DNA from: an uncultured Desulfobacteraceae bacterium | GTDB lineage: Bacteria > Desulfobacterota > Desulfobacteria > Desulfobacterales > UBA2174 | Assembly: GCA_937982505.1 (NCBI GenBank) | Contig: CALJLV010000086.1 | Coordinates: 10,990 to 74,989 of the forward strand | Direction of reading: 5' to 3' | DNA: 64,000 nt | Shown here: positions 37,001 through 46,370 of the stretch, piece by piece | How positions within the stretch are numbered: the stretch's first letter is position 1 | Layout of the letters: every line of letters starts with the position of its first letter | Made by a program: the position numbers and the translations under genes | Notes under the pieces: model-generated | The model's input: the letters and a program-made list of their open reading frames with translations, nothing else | Told to the model about the DNA's origin: nothing | Databases searched by the model: none

Positions 37001-37224
37001 AGCCCGGCCCTCCTGGCAAGGTCGTTGAAAAGTGCATCCTCTTCGCCAGATCCGGCATTGTATTCGTCGATGCTGGTCCGGTCCACGACCCATCCACCCA
37101 CTGGCCGCTTGCGGGCCTTGATTGAGTCGGCCTCGATGAGTCGCATAAGGCTGTTGCGAGACATCCCGGCGTATTCGACCGCCTGGCGGATCTTGAGCCA
37201 ACGGGGGGGTTGCGCGTCATTCAT
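36994..37224 (-). CDS. xis: excisionase/AlpA-type HTH protein
   Basis: [31 protein letters not shown] is the excisionase-family HTH. It sits directly upstream of int. ATG 37224 is preceded by GGAG. Confidence 0.7.
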   Translation of the reverse strand: MNDAQPPRWLKIRQAVEYAGMSRNSLMRLIEADSIKARKRPVGGWVVDRTSIDEYNAGSGEEDALFNDLARRAGLC

Positions 37225-37564
37225 TCGGATACTCCGCTTCAATCAGTACCTGGAGACAGTGCATGGCCTTTTTCAAGTCCTCAACGCCACCCTTAAATCG
37301 ATGTCGGCAAACGTATTTGACGATATTCCCTTCTGCAAACGGGATCCGGTTTCGGATCAGAAACTCCAGCGGTTCGATCACGAACTGCTTGTAGTGGTTC
37401 CCGCCCTCCTGGCGTTCCAGGGCTTTCAACATCTTCCGGGCCTGTTTCAGCTTCGGGGTCGGGACCAGGCCGGCCGGTTTCTTCAGCCCCTCCTTGATTT
37501 TCCTCTCGAACTTTTTGGCCTCGGCGCGCTTCAGCGTCGGGGTCGGCAAGACCGGTTTCGACAT
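37217..37564 (-). CDS. DUF3310-family phage protein
   Basis: GGNHYKQFVIEPLEFLIRNRIPFAEGNIVKYVCRHRFKGGVEDLKKAMHCLQVLIE matches the DUF3310 consensus. Confidence 0.7.
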   Translation of the reverse strand: MSKPVLPTPTLKRAEAKKFERKIKEGLKKPAGLVPTPKLKQARKMLKALERQEGGNHYKQFVIEPLEFLIRNRIPFAEGNIVKYVCRHRFKGGVEDLKKAMHCLQVLIEAEYPNE

Positions 37565-37633
37565 TTTTCAGCTCCAATCTGCAAACGCCCTGAATCGGGC
37601 ATCCGGTTTCGAAAAAATTATCCTTGTGCAGTT

Positions 37634-37668
37634 CCCGGAATAGCCGCGGTGCAAAGCGGCATTCCGGG
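37634..37668 (-). promoter_or_regulatory. long imperfect hairpin in a 145-nt intergenic gap of the leftward operon
   Basis: CCCGGAAT(A)GCCGC-GGTGCAAA-GCGGCATTCCGGG. A T-run follows only ~16 nt downstream on the minus strand, so it is not a canonical terminator. Confidence 0.3.
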
Positions 37669-37708
37669 ATGAGCATGCCGGTGGAAAGGGGGCAGCGGGA
37701 CGGGAGGG

Positions 37709-37930
37709 TCATTCCGGCACCAGCGGCGGCATTTTTCGCAGCGCCCGCCACTCGGCAGCCTTAACAAGCTCCCGCAACTTGGCCTCGGCGCTGTCGGCGC
37801 GGTCCCGCTGTTCTCGATACTCAGCAAGCAGGGCCGTGTGGTCCTCGCATAGGGATTGGTGTTCGAGTTCAAGTTCTCGCAGCTTGGCCTTGGTTCTGAG
37901 ATATTCGTCCTCAACAAAGCTCTGTGACAT
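37709..37930 (-). CDS. small coiled-coil protein
   Basis: ATG 37930 overlaps the upstream stop (TGATG), behind GGAGGGG. Confidence 0.5.
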   Translation of the reverse strand: MSQSFVEDEYLRTKAKLRELELEHQSLCEDHTALLAEYREQRDRADSAEAKLRELVKAAEWRALRKMPPLVPE

Positions 37931-38481
37931 CACCCCTCCAATCTCACCGCAAACTTCCCGGGCTCCCAACTCAGCGGCGTTTTGCAATCCCGGATCGCGT
38001 TGTTGAGCGTTTTGAACGCCTCTTCGATCTCTGCCGGAAGCGAACCATCGTCATCAGGTAGAAGATCATGGTAGTAATCTTCGGGCTCAATTTCCCTGGC
38101 AAATACGGGCTCGCAAATCAAAAGCCGAAGATCCTTCACTTCTATTTCGTTTTCGTCGGCGGTGTCGTTGACCTCGGACCAATCAGAAAAATACCGGTCC
38201 AGTTCCTCGGAATAGACCGGCCCTACTTCATCCCACCGGCGGCGCTCCAGGGCCTCGTACCGTTCGAGTTCGGCTTTCCGTCGGCATTCATCGCATGCGG
38301 TGTAGCGCTTGGGCGCCGGCTTGCCGCATTTCTGGCATGGCCTATGGGTGCATCCCCTGTATCTGGCCAGGTCTTCACTATTCCCGCAAAATACCCCGTC
38401 CCGGCTCACCCACCCCTCGATGTCCCGCCGATAAGTCGCCGCGGCCGGATCGTCGAACATCACCATCTTTTCGTTTTTCAT
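37930..38481 (-). CDS. hypothetical zinc-ribbon protein
   Basis: ATG 38481 (ATGA coupling, GGAGGGGAG RBS). CQKCGKPAPKRYTACDEC. Confidence 0.55.
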   Translation of the reverse strand: MKNEKMVMFDDPAAATYRRDIEGWVSRDGVFCGNSEDLARYRGCTHRPCQKCGKPAPKRYTACDECRRKAELERYEALERRRWDEVGPVYSEELDRYFSDWSEVNDTADENEIEVKDLRLLICEPVFAREIEPEDYYHDLLPDDDGSLPAEIEEAFKTLNNAIRDCKTPLSWEPGKFAVRLEG

Positions 38482-39131
38482 CTCCCCTCCAGGTAAAGCG
38501 TTAGGCGCCGGCCTTCCCGCCGGCACTCGATCCCTTTTAGAGCCCCGGGCCGCTTGCGCAAATAGTGGCTGATCGTGGCCCGGGCCGTCGCCTCAGAAGC
38601 GTAGTGGTGCCGAACCTTCGCCATGGCCTCGTTCAGGCAGATCCCCGGGCATTGCGCCACCAGGTCGATCAACTGGCGCCGGGTCTCAGCGAACGGGGTC
38701 CAGTGCAGGCCCGAGGCGGTCCCGGCCGGCGCGTAGGTCTTTTGCGCCTCGACAAGGCACCACTCAACCTTCCGTCGGCACATGGCCGGCCGGGTGTAGA
38801 CGCGGACCGATCGGCCGACCGCCATCATGCCAATGCCGTTCTGATCGCAGAACCGGCGCGCCGCCGCCCGGCCGCGGGGGGCCGAACTGGTGGCCGGAAA
38901 CGCAACCGAAACGAAATGAGCCCGGCCCATCCACAACATGGCCTGTTCGAGCAGGGCCAGGCTCAGAGTCGTTTTGCACTCCACCACCCACCGAAGAGGC
39001 CCCACCGCGCCAACGATGTCAGCCACCGCGCCGTATGTTTCCCGCTGGACCTCCTGGTAGACTTCCCAGTGCTGGGCCTCCAGCCACGCGACGACACGGG
39101 CCGCCAACGCCTCTTCCCGAGGTTTCCTCAT
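38478..39131 (-). CDS. PD-(D/E)xK-type nuclease-like protein with C-terminal winged-helix-like region
   Basis: EVYQE...ADIVGAVGPLRWVVECK gives an E..D..ExK arrangement. Confidence 0.5.
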   Translation of the reverse strand: MRKPREEALAARVVAWLEAQHWEVYQEVQRETYGAVADIVGAVGPLRWVVECKTTLSLALLEQAMLWMGRAHFVSVAFPATSSAPRGRAAARRFCDQNGIGMMAVGRSVRVYTRPAMCRRKVEWCLVEAQKTYAPAGTASGLHWTPFAETRRQLIDLVAQCPGICLNEAMAKVRHHYASEATARATISHYLRKRPGALKGIECRREGRRLTLYLEGR

Positions 39132-39208
39132 ACCATTCTCACCAGTCTGGCCAGGTAGGCCCGCGGGTTCATTTTGTTGATGGCCGCCAGTTCGGCCAGC
39201 TTTTTACG

Positions 39209-39562
39209 TTAGCCTTCCATCGCCAGCTTGATCGCCCGGCGCACCCGCTCAAAATCGTCATGTGAAAATGCCGCAAACAGCGTCCCGCCGTAATCATCGC
39301 CCCGGCAGGCCATATCTGCATCTAGCCAACGCAACACCTCCAGCATTTCGGGGGCGGCGGCAATCAGTCGGGCATTGGCCTCGTGTTCTTCCTTGCTGAT
39401 ACTGCGCGGATCACCTTTGCCGCAGTCAAAATAGTTGACCATGGCAATGTGTTTGCAGCCTGAAGATATTGCTGTTTTTACATTTTCACCCTCAATTCTC
39501 CATGGGGCATTGCTGTGTACAGGGTAGTCCTTCCCGCTGTAGGCTGTTTTGTTGTCGTTCAT
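39209..39562 (-). CDS. hypothetical protein, paralogue of 40352-40696
   Basis: Shares M.DNKTAY..KDYP.HS..PW and the identical EANARLIAAAPEMLEVLRWLD block. Confidence 0.6.
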   Translation of the reverse strand: MNDNKTAYSGKDYPVHSNAPWRIEGENVKTAISSGCKHIAMVNYFDCGKGDPRSISKEEHEANARLIAAAPEMLEVLRWLDADMACRGDDYGGTLFAAFSHDDFERVRRAIKLAMEG

Positions 39563-39819
39563 ATCGTCTCCCTTATTTCCTCAATGAGTGTTTCCAGGTC
39601 CGAGCATTCTTGCTCAAGTGCTTTATGCAGGGCTTTATTTTTATGTGCTCCTTGCATTTCTGAGTACAGCCGCCCGAGCAACGACGCTTCCAAGTACGGC
39701 AAAGACCTTCTTAGCAGTTCACCGCGTAACAAGTTTTCGGCAATCTGCTTCTCTTGGTGGTTTTTCATCAAGCAAGATTCACAAATACGATTCTCGCTAT
39801 GGTTACATTGAGTTATCAT
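39559..39819 (-). CDS. hypothetical protein (AT-richer)
   Basis: ATGA coupling on both sides. Confidence 0.5.
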   Translation of the reverse strand: MITQCNHSENRICESCLMKNHQEKQIAENLLRGELLRRSLPYLEASLLGRLYSEMQGAHKNKALHKALEQECSDLETLIEEIRETI

Positions 39820-40283
39820 TACAAAATCCCCTCCTTATCGTCGCGTTCTTCTGGGTTGAAATATCCTTCGGCTTTCCGGCACGCCTCAGACCATGCCGTT
39901 ATTTCCGATGCGTCAACCTCAGCCTCGAATGGCTTTGCTTGGATTTTATCTTTCGGCTGCAGATGCCAAGCCCAATCTGATATCGGAGGCGTTACAGGGC
40001 CAGCCCAAAGCACTTCTTTCGGCATTTCTGCCAAGGTCCGTCTCACGGTTGAGCCGTAGAACTCAACCACGATACGGCCTTCATTCCACATTCGTTCGTG
40101 GTGCGGGTTTCCATCGCCTGATGGGATTTCTTTTAAACAGATCCCGACGCCTGCGATAATCGGCCCCCAAGTACAATCCCGGATATCAGACCCATTCGCA
40201 ACACGGTCAAAGTCTCGTTTCATGACCGGGCCAAGATACCAGTAATATCCTGCCCGTTTCGGTTTTTCAGATGTCCATTTCAT
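39819..40283 (-). CDS. hypothetical protein
   Basis: AGGAGGA RBS upstream of ATG 40283. Confidence 0.55.
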   Translation of the reverse strand: MKWTSEKPKRAGYYWYLGPVMKRDFDRVANGSDIRDCTWGPIIAGVGICLKEIPSGDGNPHHERMWNEGRIVVEFYGSTVRRTLAEMPKEVLWAGPVTPPISDWAWHLQPKDKIQAKPFEAEVDASEITAWSEACRKAEGYFNPEERDDKEGIL

Positions 40284-40351
40284 CGTTTATCCTCCTGAAG
40301 CATAACGGTTGAGTTAAGCGGTGCGCTTTTTGCGTCCGCTTGACCCGCTGG

Positions 40352-40696
40352 TTAGCCATTTATGGCTTTGCTTATTGCCGTTCTGACTTTTTCAAAATCA
40401 CCACGTGAAAACATACAGCCGCCAAACTCGTCATCGCGGCAATCCATCTCATTGTCCAGCCAGCGGAGCACTTCCAGCATTTCAGGCGCTGCGGCGATTA
40501 ACCGGGCGTTGGCTTCGAAGATATGCCGTCTACCCTGCACCCCACGCGAAGAAGTGGCGCACACCGGGTTCCCGGAGCAATCCTCGACGATCAACCGGCC
40601 TTCACGGTCCGGGACAGTTCCGGCAGTGACCGACCAAGGACCGGCGCTATGGATGGGGTAGTCTTTATCAGCGTAGGCGGTTTTGTTATCCGACAT
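40352..40696 (-). CDS. hypothetical protein, paralogue of 39209-39562
   Basis: See 39209-39562. Confidence 0.6.
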   Translation of the reverse strand: MSDNKTAYADKDYPIHSAGPWSVTAGTVPDREGRLIVEDCSGNPVCATSSRGVQGRRHIFEANARLIAAAPEMLEVLRWLDNEMDCRDDEFGGCMFSRGDFEKVRTAISKAING

Positions 40697-40883
40697 TGCT
40701 TGCCTCCATATTCATAATTCGTAGTATGTAATGCATGCACCCCTCTTGCGCGTCCAGCATGCCGCGTTTAGAAAAGCCATGCGCCATTATCGTTGCTTGT
40801 TTTTTTGAGAATGCCCCTTTAAGGCAAAGCTCAAAAGCCCGAAAAAAATGATCAGGTTTAGCCTTCATCTTCAAATCCCTCAA
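40686..40883 (-). CDS. hypothetical small protein
   Basis: Only ORF filling the gap. Overlaps both neighbours by a few codons. Confidence 0.4.
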   Translation of the reverse strand: MRDLKMKAKPDHFFRAFELCLKGAFSKKQATIMAHGFSKRGMLDAQEGCMHYILRIMNMEASNVG

Positions 40884-41112
40884 TATGAATCTCTGTATAG
40901 TCGATCATAACCTTTGCCGGTTCTTGATCTTGGCCATAGACAAAGACATGGCAACCTCTGACTGCCGTTGTTACTGCGCTTTCGATGGCTTCAGCGTCGG
41001 TTATTTCACCATCCGGATCGCAGCAGTTTTCAAACTCGTCACCGTCCGGGCATGGCAATTCAACGATTAAATCCACTTCCGATCTTACCGTGTATATTCT
41101 TCTCTTGCTCAT
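40858..41112 (-). CDS. hypothetical acidic protein
   Basis: AGGAGGAA RBS upstream of ATG 41112. Confidence 0.5.
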   Translation of the reverse strand: MSKRRIYTVRSEVDLIVELPCPDGDEFENCCDPDGEITDAEAIESAVTTAVRGCHVFVYGQDQEPAKVMIDYTEIHIEGFEDEG

Positions 41113-41155
41113 GGTTCCTCCTGAAGGCTAACAACGTTTAGACGGCGCTTGCGGC

Positions 41156-41614
41156 CTAAACCTTTTTGGCCTGGCGCCGGTAGATCGTGATTGATGATTC
41201 CGAGCAACCCAGCGCCTGAGCGCTTTGGCGCACCGACAATCGATACGGATCTTCGGCCAGCTTCCCGGCAATGGTGGATCTCAGGGCCACGACCGCCGGC
41301 AGCCTGCACTTTGGGTCTCGGAGCGACTTGGTCTCGATGCCAGATCTACGGCAGGCGGCGGTGATCATGTTTTCCACTGGGTCAACGTCCTTTGACGGCA
41401 TGATTTTATAGCCTCCGTTTCCGTATCCGTGGCCGCACATATTGGTCATCCGGTCCGGGACCGACGAACATCGATCTCCGATTGCTGCAACGTATGAGAT
41501 TCTGTCGTTGCAGTTCTTGCATCGGCTGTCCCAAATTTTGTTCTCGTTTTTCAGGTCGCAAGACAAACAGGGATTTCGCATCGCCACCTCCTCAGCGGAT
41601 GCCAGTGTGACCAA
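41156..41614 (-). CDS. Cys-rich N-terminus / C-terminal HTH protein
   Basis: CLSCDLKNENKIWDSRCKNCNDR and LSVRQSAQALGCSESSITIYRRQ. Confidence 0.55.
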   Translation of the reverse strand: MVTLASAEEVAMRNPCLSCDLKNENKIWDSRCKNCNDRISYVAAIGDRCSSVPDRMTNMCGHGYGNGGYKIMPSKDVDPVENMITAACRRSGIETKSLRDPKCRLPAVVALRSTIAGKLAEDPYRLSVRQSAQALGCSESSITIYRRQAKKV

Positions 41615-42023
41615 AGCCGCCTTCGCCGCGTTCGGTATCTGACAGGTTTTCGGATATTTCGAACCGAACGTGGATTATCGGAGAAATCACGCCCTGGGCG
41701 ATCCGGTCGCCCTTGCGGACCAAAAACCGTTCGGGGCCGGAGTTGTGAAGCAGGATCCCAACCTCCCCGCGATAATCGCTATCAATGGTGCCCAGAAAAG
41801 ACTGGACACCGAGTTTGCTGATTCCGGATCTGGGCCGGATCTGCATCTCCAGCCAGTTCGGTATTTCGAAGGCCAGGCCGGTCCCGACCATCACGGTTTG
41901 ACCGGGCCAGACCTCGGCATCGGCCGCGGCCCGCAGGTCAAAGCCGGCCGCACCGGCGGTCATGTACTTTGGAGTGTCGATGTCAGATTCTGGATCCATC
42001 TTTTTAACTCGTACTGTGGTCAT
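41592..42023 (-). CDS. dut: dUTP diphosphatase (trimeric dUTPase)
   Basis: AGAAGFDLRA, IRPRSG, GTIDSDYRGE, GDRIAQ, RGEGGFGHTG: all five dUTPase motifs. Confidence 0.95.
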   Translation of the reverse strand: MTTVRVKKMDPESDIDTPKYMTAGAAGFDLRAAADAEVWPGQTVMVGTGLAFEIPNWLEMQIRPRSGISKLGVQSFLGTIDSDYRGEVGILLHNSGPERFLVRKGDRIAQGVISPIIHVRFEISENLSDTERGEGGFGHTGIR

Positions 42024-42037
42024 GTCGCCCTTTCAGA

Positions 42038-42292
42038 TCAGAATGGCATTTCGTCAATATGGATGGCTTGCACCACCAGGCTGGGAACGGCTTTTGCGAC
42101 CGATTCAAAGAGCAAGAATTCACCGGCGCCGTAGCGTTGCTGCAACCGGATCAACTCTTTTTCGGCCACGTCCTTGTCGACATAAAAACACCGGGGGAAA
42201 CCCTCGTCCAAAACCTTTTGCCCGACTGGAGCATAGTCGTGGATCTCAGCGCTTCGCAAACTCGCGACGTTGATGATGCACCAGAGTTTCAT
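42038..42292 (-). CDS. hypothetical protein
   Basis: Internal ATG (MKLWCIINV...) of listed ORF 42038-42607. The upstream part overlaps ssb in another frame. Confidence 0.5.
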   Translation of the reverse strand: MKLWCIINVASLRSAEIHDYAPVGQKVLDEGFPRCFYVDKDVAEKELIRLQQRYGAGEFLLFESVAKAVPSLVVQAIHIDEMPF

Positions 42293-42300
42293 GGCCGACC

Positions 42301-42720
42301 TCAAAACGGAATGTCGTCGTCTTGGTAATTGCCGTTGATCGGCCCGTACTGGTTGGGATCCGCGGCCGGCGGACGGTTGCCGCCATCGCCCCGGTCTCCC
42401 AAAAACTGGACCTCGTTGGCCACGATTTCGGTGGTGTAGTTGGTGTGCCCGTCCTTTTCCCACTTGCGGGTTTGGAGGCGCCCTTCGACATAGACCTGGC
42501 GCCCCTTGGTCAGGTATTCGCCGCAAATTTCCGCCAGTTTGCGGAAGGCCACGATCCGGTGCCACTCGGTCAGCTCCTTTTTTTCCCCGGTGTTCTTGTC
42601 CTTCCATTGCTGGGATGTGGCGACGGAAAAGTTGCAGACCGCCGTTCCATCCTGGAAGTGCTTGACCTCGGGATCTTGCCCGAGGCGGCCAACGATAATA
42701 ACTTTGTTTACTCCCGACAT
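42301..42720 (-). CDS. ssb: single-stranded DNA-binding protein
   Basis: [20 protein letters not shown]...TEWHRIV.F..LAE....[18 protein letters not shown] fold. Gly/Pro-rich linker. Acidic tip DDDIPF. Confidence 0.95.
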   Translation of the reverse strand: MSGVNKVIIVGRLGQDPEVKHFQDGTAVCNFSVATSQQWKDKNTGEKKELTEWHRIVAFRKLAEICGEYLTKGRQVYVEGRLQTRKWEKDGHTNYTTEIVANEVQFLGDRGDGGNRPPAADPNQYGPINGNYQDDDIPF

Positions 42721-42923
42721 TTCGATTCCTTTCTGTTTTCCAGCCCGTCTGTGATTTCTTCCAGTGCGCGAAACATGAAAAGCAGCGCGTATTCCATCCG
42801 TGTGATGTTTACCGGCGTTTCGGTTTTCCCTTCAATGACATCGCGGCCGAGTTTGCAATTCAGTCTGGCACGGTAAAAAGAGTTGATTTTTGGGCCTGTC
42901 ATATCTGCGCCTCCACTTCCCAA
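42708..42923 (-). CDS. hypothetical small protein
   Basis: Fills the gap, same strand. Confidence 0.4.
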   Translation of the reverse strand: MGSGGADMTGPKINSFYRARLNCKLGRDVIEGKTETPVNITRMEYALLFMFRALEEITDGLENRKESKCRE

Positions 42924-43354
42924 AATCGCGCCGCATCGTTAGCGCGGTCATAGGTCTCAGGCTTGTCAAAACGCCGGTCGAAATACCGATGCAATGCAAA
43001 CATCTTTTTGCCGGCCGAAACGATTGCGTCGCGTTTTTGGTCGCTCAAAACGGGCTCGATGGTCCCGACGATGGCCAGGGCCGTCGATGTCAGAAAAACG
43101 GTGTCCGCGTCTCCGGCGAACACCTTGGTTTCGAACCGTTGAAGCGCCGCGTAGATTCGATTAACCTCCTTTTCGTTCAGTTGGTCGGGCCAGGCGGTGA
43201 ATGCTTTTTGGGTCGCATCTTTGGCCTTTTTGCACAGATCGAGAACGGTCTTGTTCCTCGGTCTGTCTCGATAAATCCGCTCGATCAGATGGGCCACCGA
43301 CTCGGTGACCGCGATCGTTGCCAATACGTTTCTGGTTGCTGCCGATGCCATCAC
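42899..43354 (-). CDS. hypothetical protein
   Basis: Same-strand ORF, coupled to neighbours. Confidence 0.5.
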   Translation of the reverse strand: MMASAATRNVLATIAVTESVAHLIERIYRDRPRNKTVLDLCKKAKDATQKAFTAWPDQLNEKEVNRIYAALQRFETKVFAGDADTVFLTSTALAIVGTIEPVLSDQKRDAIVSAGKKMFALHRYFDRRFDKPETYDRANDAARFWEVEAQI

Positions 43355-43713
43355 GCCCCCCGTGAAAAACGATTGAAAAACCGTCGAATCCTATACAAAA
43401 GGCTGTATTTGAAACGATACGCAATCCACCGACCGCTATCCTTCCAGAACTCCAAAACTCCCCACGGATACCATCGGAATTTTCGCGCGTATGTGACGAG
43501 TTTGCACCGTTGGCAAACGCCGGCGGCCTCGACCTCGATGCACGAATGCCACTCCCGGACAACTCCCCGCAGGCGCCCGACCGGCCGGCCACAATCGACG
43601 CAAAAAACCTCAAGTTCCGTCAAGCTCAGATCGATCCTGGAATGTTTGATCGGGAGCTTGATCGGCTCCCAGTCGAGATATTTCTTGACCCCTGGATTCA
43701 TCGCACTCCCCAC
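43351..43713 (-). CDS. hypothetical zinc-ribbon protein
   Basis: CVDCGRP...CQRC. Confidence 0.5.
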   Translation of the reverse strand: MGSAMNPGVKKYLDWEPIKLPIKHSRIDLSLTELEVFCVDCGRPVGRLRGVVREWHSCIEVEAAGVCQRCKLVTYARKFRWYPWGVLEFWKDSGRWIAYRFKYSLLYRIRRFFNRFSRGA

Positions 43714-45356
43714 GGCACCGCCACGGCCGGAAACCGCCGCCGGTTCCCACGTCGCGGGCCGGCCCCGTCCAGCCGGTAGGTGTTTTTGACGTGCTCAAGG
43801 CACTGAGCCAGTTCGTACCGGTTCATTTCTCCCCGGGGCTTGCCCATGGCCTCCCGGATCTCGGCATTGATCCGCTGGGGCTTGTAGAAAAATGACGAGG
43901 AAAAGGCCCGAACATGGGATTCGATCGCGTCTCTGAGTTCTGCCTCGATTTCCGACGGGGTCTTAGGGATCGGGGCCGGGATGATCTTAGCAACCTTGCC
44001 GCCTCCCAACGTGTATTGCCGACCGGATGTCATTTTGGACCCGAGCGGCGTAATCCCGTGTCGGTTCCCGCCGTTGCCGAACTTTTCGTCGAACAAATCG
44101 CCCTGTTTGACCTGGCCCCGTTCCCGCAAAAACGGGAGTTGTTCCGACTGGATCGACGCGACAACGGAGCGCATCAGCGGGTCATCCGGGGCGAAGACGT
44201 GGGCGATCTGGTGCTCGTATTCGATTTCGTTTTGGACCCGCACAGACCTGGAAAGCATCTGGATCAGCCACCCCAAGGCCCGGATGTGGGTCAGCGAACA
44301 GATATGGGTGATGGGCTTGACGCTCATGCCCTCGTGGGCCATGGCGATGCTGACCAAAACATCAATTTTACAGGCGCGAAATTGCTTGATTGCCCGCTGG
44401 GCCGCCTCGGATTCATGGGACGTTGCGATGTCGGCCGAGGCCACCTTGCGGCGCACATATTTCAGGGCCGCGTCGGCATGCTTTTTCCCGGCCGTCACCA
44501 CCAATAGCCGAGACCAAGGGTTGAAATCCCTCCGTGCCTGCCAGTGCTCGATTGCCTGGTCAAGTAGCTGTTGACCGTACCCGGTATCGATGGCGGTAAA
44601 GATCGCCTTCGGGGCGTCGGAATTCCTAACGGATGCCAGGGAGTCGTAGTTGACGATATCGCCCGATTCGTCCTTCCATGACACCTGCGCGTCCCGGAAA
44701 TGGAATTTGATCGGGATGATGGCCTTTTCCTCAAGGGCATCCTTGCGAGAATAGTTGATCACGGCGGTATCACCGGAGCCATCGAGCATCGGTTCGCCGC
44801 CGGCGTAGCGGATGAACGCAATCGGCTGGCCATCGGCACGCATCAATGTTCCGGTCATCAGCACCAGGACCGCGGCCTGATCGACGATCGGTTGCAATCT
44901 CTGGTGCCACAACCCGTCTTTTTCGACATGATGGAATTCGTCCAGCACGACGATGTAGCGGCGTTGAGACACCTCGTTCAGAACCGTTCGTTTGTCGTCG
45001 ATGGCGATGGCCTGATAGGTGGTGACAAAGCCCTGTGTGCCGCGGCATGGATCGACGTCGTTCGTGCTGGCCCGGACCGTGGCGGTATGGCCGAACATGG
45101 TCCGGAAAAACGGGTCGATAAAGTCCTGTTCGGCCTGGTGCTGCAACGACTTGCGGGGCACGATCCATAGCAGGCGCTCCGCGTGGGTCGGGATCAGCTT
45201 GGAGGCGATGGCCGGCAAAGAGCTTTTCCCGGCCCCAGGGCAGGCGTTAACAATGATGGTGCGCGTTTCGCCGCCGGAACGGATCGAGTCGACAACGGAC
45301 ATCATTTCGCGTTGGTGTTTTCTTGGACTACCGGATGTCATTCCAGATATCTCCAT
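43698..45356 (-). CDS. SF2 DEAD/DEAH-box helicase
   Basis: NACPGAGKSS (Walker A), VLDEFHHV (DExH), LVLMTGT, helicase C-terminal region. Start at ATG 45356 or 45341. Confidence 0.8.
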   Translation of the reverse strand: MEISGMTSGSPRKHQREMMSVVDSIRSGGETRTIIVNACPGAGKSSLPAIASKLIPTHAERLLWIVPRKSLQHQAEQDFIDPFFRTMFGHTATVRASTNDVDPCRGTQGFVTTYQAIAIDDKRTVLNEVSQRRYIVVLDEFHHVEKDGLWHQRLQPIVDQAAVLVLMTGTLMRADGQPIAFIRYAGGEPMLDGSGDTAVINYSRKDALEEKAIIPIKFHFRDAQVSWKDESGDIVNYDSLASVRNSDAPKAIFTAIDTGYGQQLLDQAIEHWQARRDFNPWSRLLVVTAGKKHADAALKYVRRKVASADIATSHESEAAQRAIKQFRACKIDVLVSIAMAHEGMSVKPITHICSLTHIRALGWLIQMLSRSVRVQNEIEYEHQIAHVFAPDDPLMRSVVASIQSEQLPFLRERGQVKQGDLFDEKFGNGGNRHGITPLGSKMTSGRQYTLGGGKVAKIIPAPIPKTPSEIEAELRDAIESHVRAFSSSFFYKPQRINAEIREAMGKPRGEMNRYELAQCLEHVKNTYRLDGAGPRRGNRRRFPAVAVPWGVR

Positions 45357-45936
45357 TTCTGATCTCTGAAATTGTTGATCGGGAAACACCGTAGCGGCGA
45401 CCAATTTCAGTTTCAGAAAGACTTGTTTTCGACAAATAAAACCTGATCCCCATCACCTTCGCCGGGGTGAGTTTCGACGTGCTCCTGTTTCGGACGTTCT
45501 CTCTCGTTGTTACCCACCTGCAATTTTTCGGGCAATAATCGCAGTCGTTGTCGATTCTATCGATCTCAAGGCCACCGGCGTATCCGTTTTCGATCGCCCA
45601 TTGTCGGAACACAGAAAAATCGTTTGCCCATTCGTCACAAATCGTAATGCCCCGGCCGCCATACCTTCTTCGGTATTTCGAGTTGTGGTTAAGACACCGA
45701 TCTTTCATGCCGGTCCATATGCGGTAGAGCCTTGTTCCTTTGCCGTTATGTTTGGTCCGAACGCAACCGCATGAGGTTGAAAGGCCTCGGGTGAGGTTCG
45801 AGGTTGTGCATTTAGCAATTTTTCCGCAATCGCATTGGCAAAGCCACAAGACCTTTTTGCCCAGCCTCTCGTCGAGCCTTTCTTTGACTTTAAGCATTCC
45901 GAATCTCATGCCGGTCAAATTTAATGCTGCTACCAT
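45328..45936 (-). CDS. HNH endonuclease with C-terminal HTH
   Basis: FGMLKV...WLCQCDCG...SCGC, then YGGRGITICDEW...LEIDRIDNDCDYCPKNCRWVT..EN. AT-richer than the flanks. Confidence 0.75.
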   Translation of the reverse strand: MVAALNLTGMRFGMLKVKERLDERLGKKVLWLCQCDCGKIAKCTTSNLTRGLSTSCGCVRTKHNGKGTRLYRIWTGMKDRCLNHNSKYRRRYGGRGITICDEWANDFSVFRQWAIENGYAGGLEIDRIDNDCDYCPKNCRWVTTRENVRNRSTSKLTPAKVMGIRFYLSKTSLSETEIGRRYGVSRSTISEIRNGDIWNDIR

Positions 45937-45951
45937 TTCATTCCTCGCGTT

Positions 45952-46149
45952 TCAGTTCGCCTTCACCAGATCGAACCCGCTTTTGCGGGGCTTGCCGTCG
46001 GAATAGATCCGGCGCTTGAGGATCGTCACTTCCCGTCCCGAGGGTGCCCTGGCCACCACATGCCGGTAATAGCTTCCGGTATCGATGATTTCCAAAACCC
46101 GTCCCTCGCACCGCGGGTCATTGTCTTTGAGCTTGTCTCCTGGTTTCAT
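45952..46149 (-). CDS. hypothetical small protein
   Basis: ATG 46149 in ATGA coupling with the upstream stop. Confidence 0.5.
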   Translation of the reverse strand: MKPGDKLKDNDPRCEGRVLEIIDTGSYYRHVVARAPSGREVTILKRRIYSDGKPRKSGFDLVKAN

Positions 46150-46370
46150 GCCTCTCCCTCCAGCCGGTATTGCCATATCGGTTTGTCGTCGCACCTGATG
46201 CGCCTGGACGCGATCTCTATCCCGTTGGCGCGCAGTTCGGCGATGCAGCTATTGACCGCGCAGATGTTCGCGTCCCGGATCATGTCCCGGGTGCTTTTCC
46301 ATTCTCCGGTTTCGAGGGCCGACAGGGTGCGTTGCAACCGTTCGCTGTTTTCGAGTCGGGCGAAATTCAT
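46146..46370 (-). CDS. small winged-helix-like DNA-binding protein
   Basis: KSTRDMIRDANICAVNSCIAELRANGIEI resembles HTH_36-type phage proteins. Confidence 0.5.
   Translation of the reverse strand: MNFARLENSERLQRTLSALETGEWKSTRDMIRDANICAVNSCIAELRANGIEIASRRIRCDDKPIWQYRLEGEA

Noticed and set aside
37001-37201. Upstream extension of the integrase ORF (listed 35960-37201)
   Set aside because: It overlaps the excisionase-type gene in another frame. Integrase homology begins at MRLYQRDSG, just downstream of ATG 37000/36994.
42293-42607. Upstream part of listed ORF 42038-42607
   Set aside because: It overlaps the ssb gene in another frame and encodes an Arg/Gly/Pro-rich sequence.
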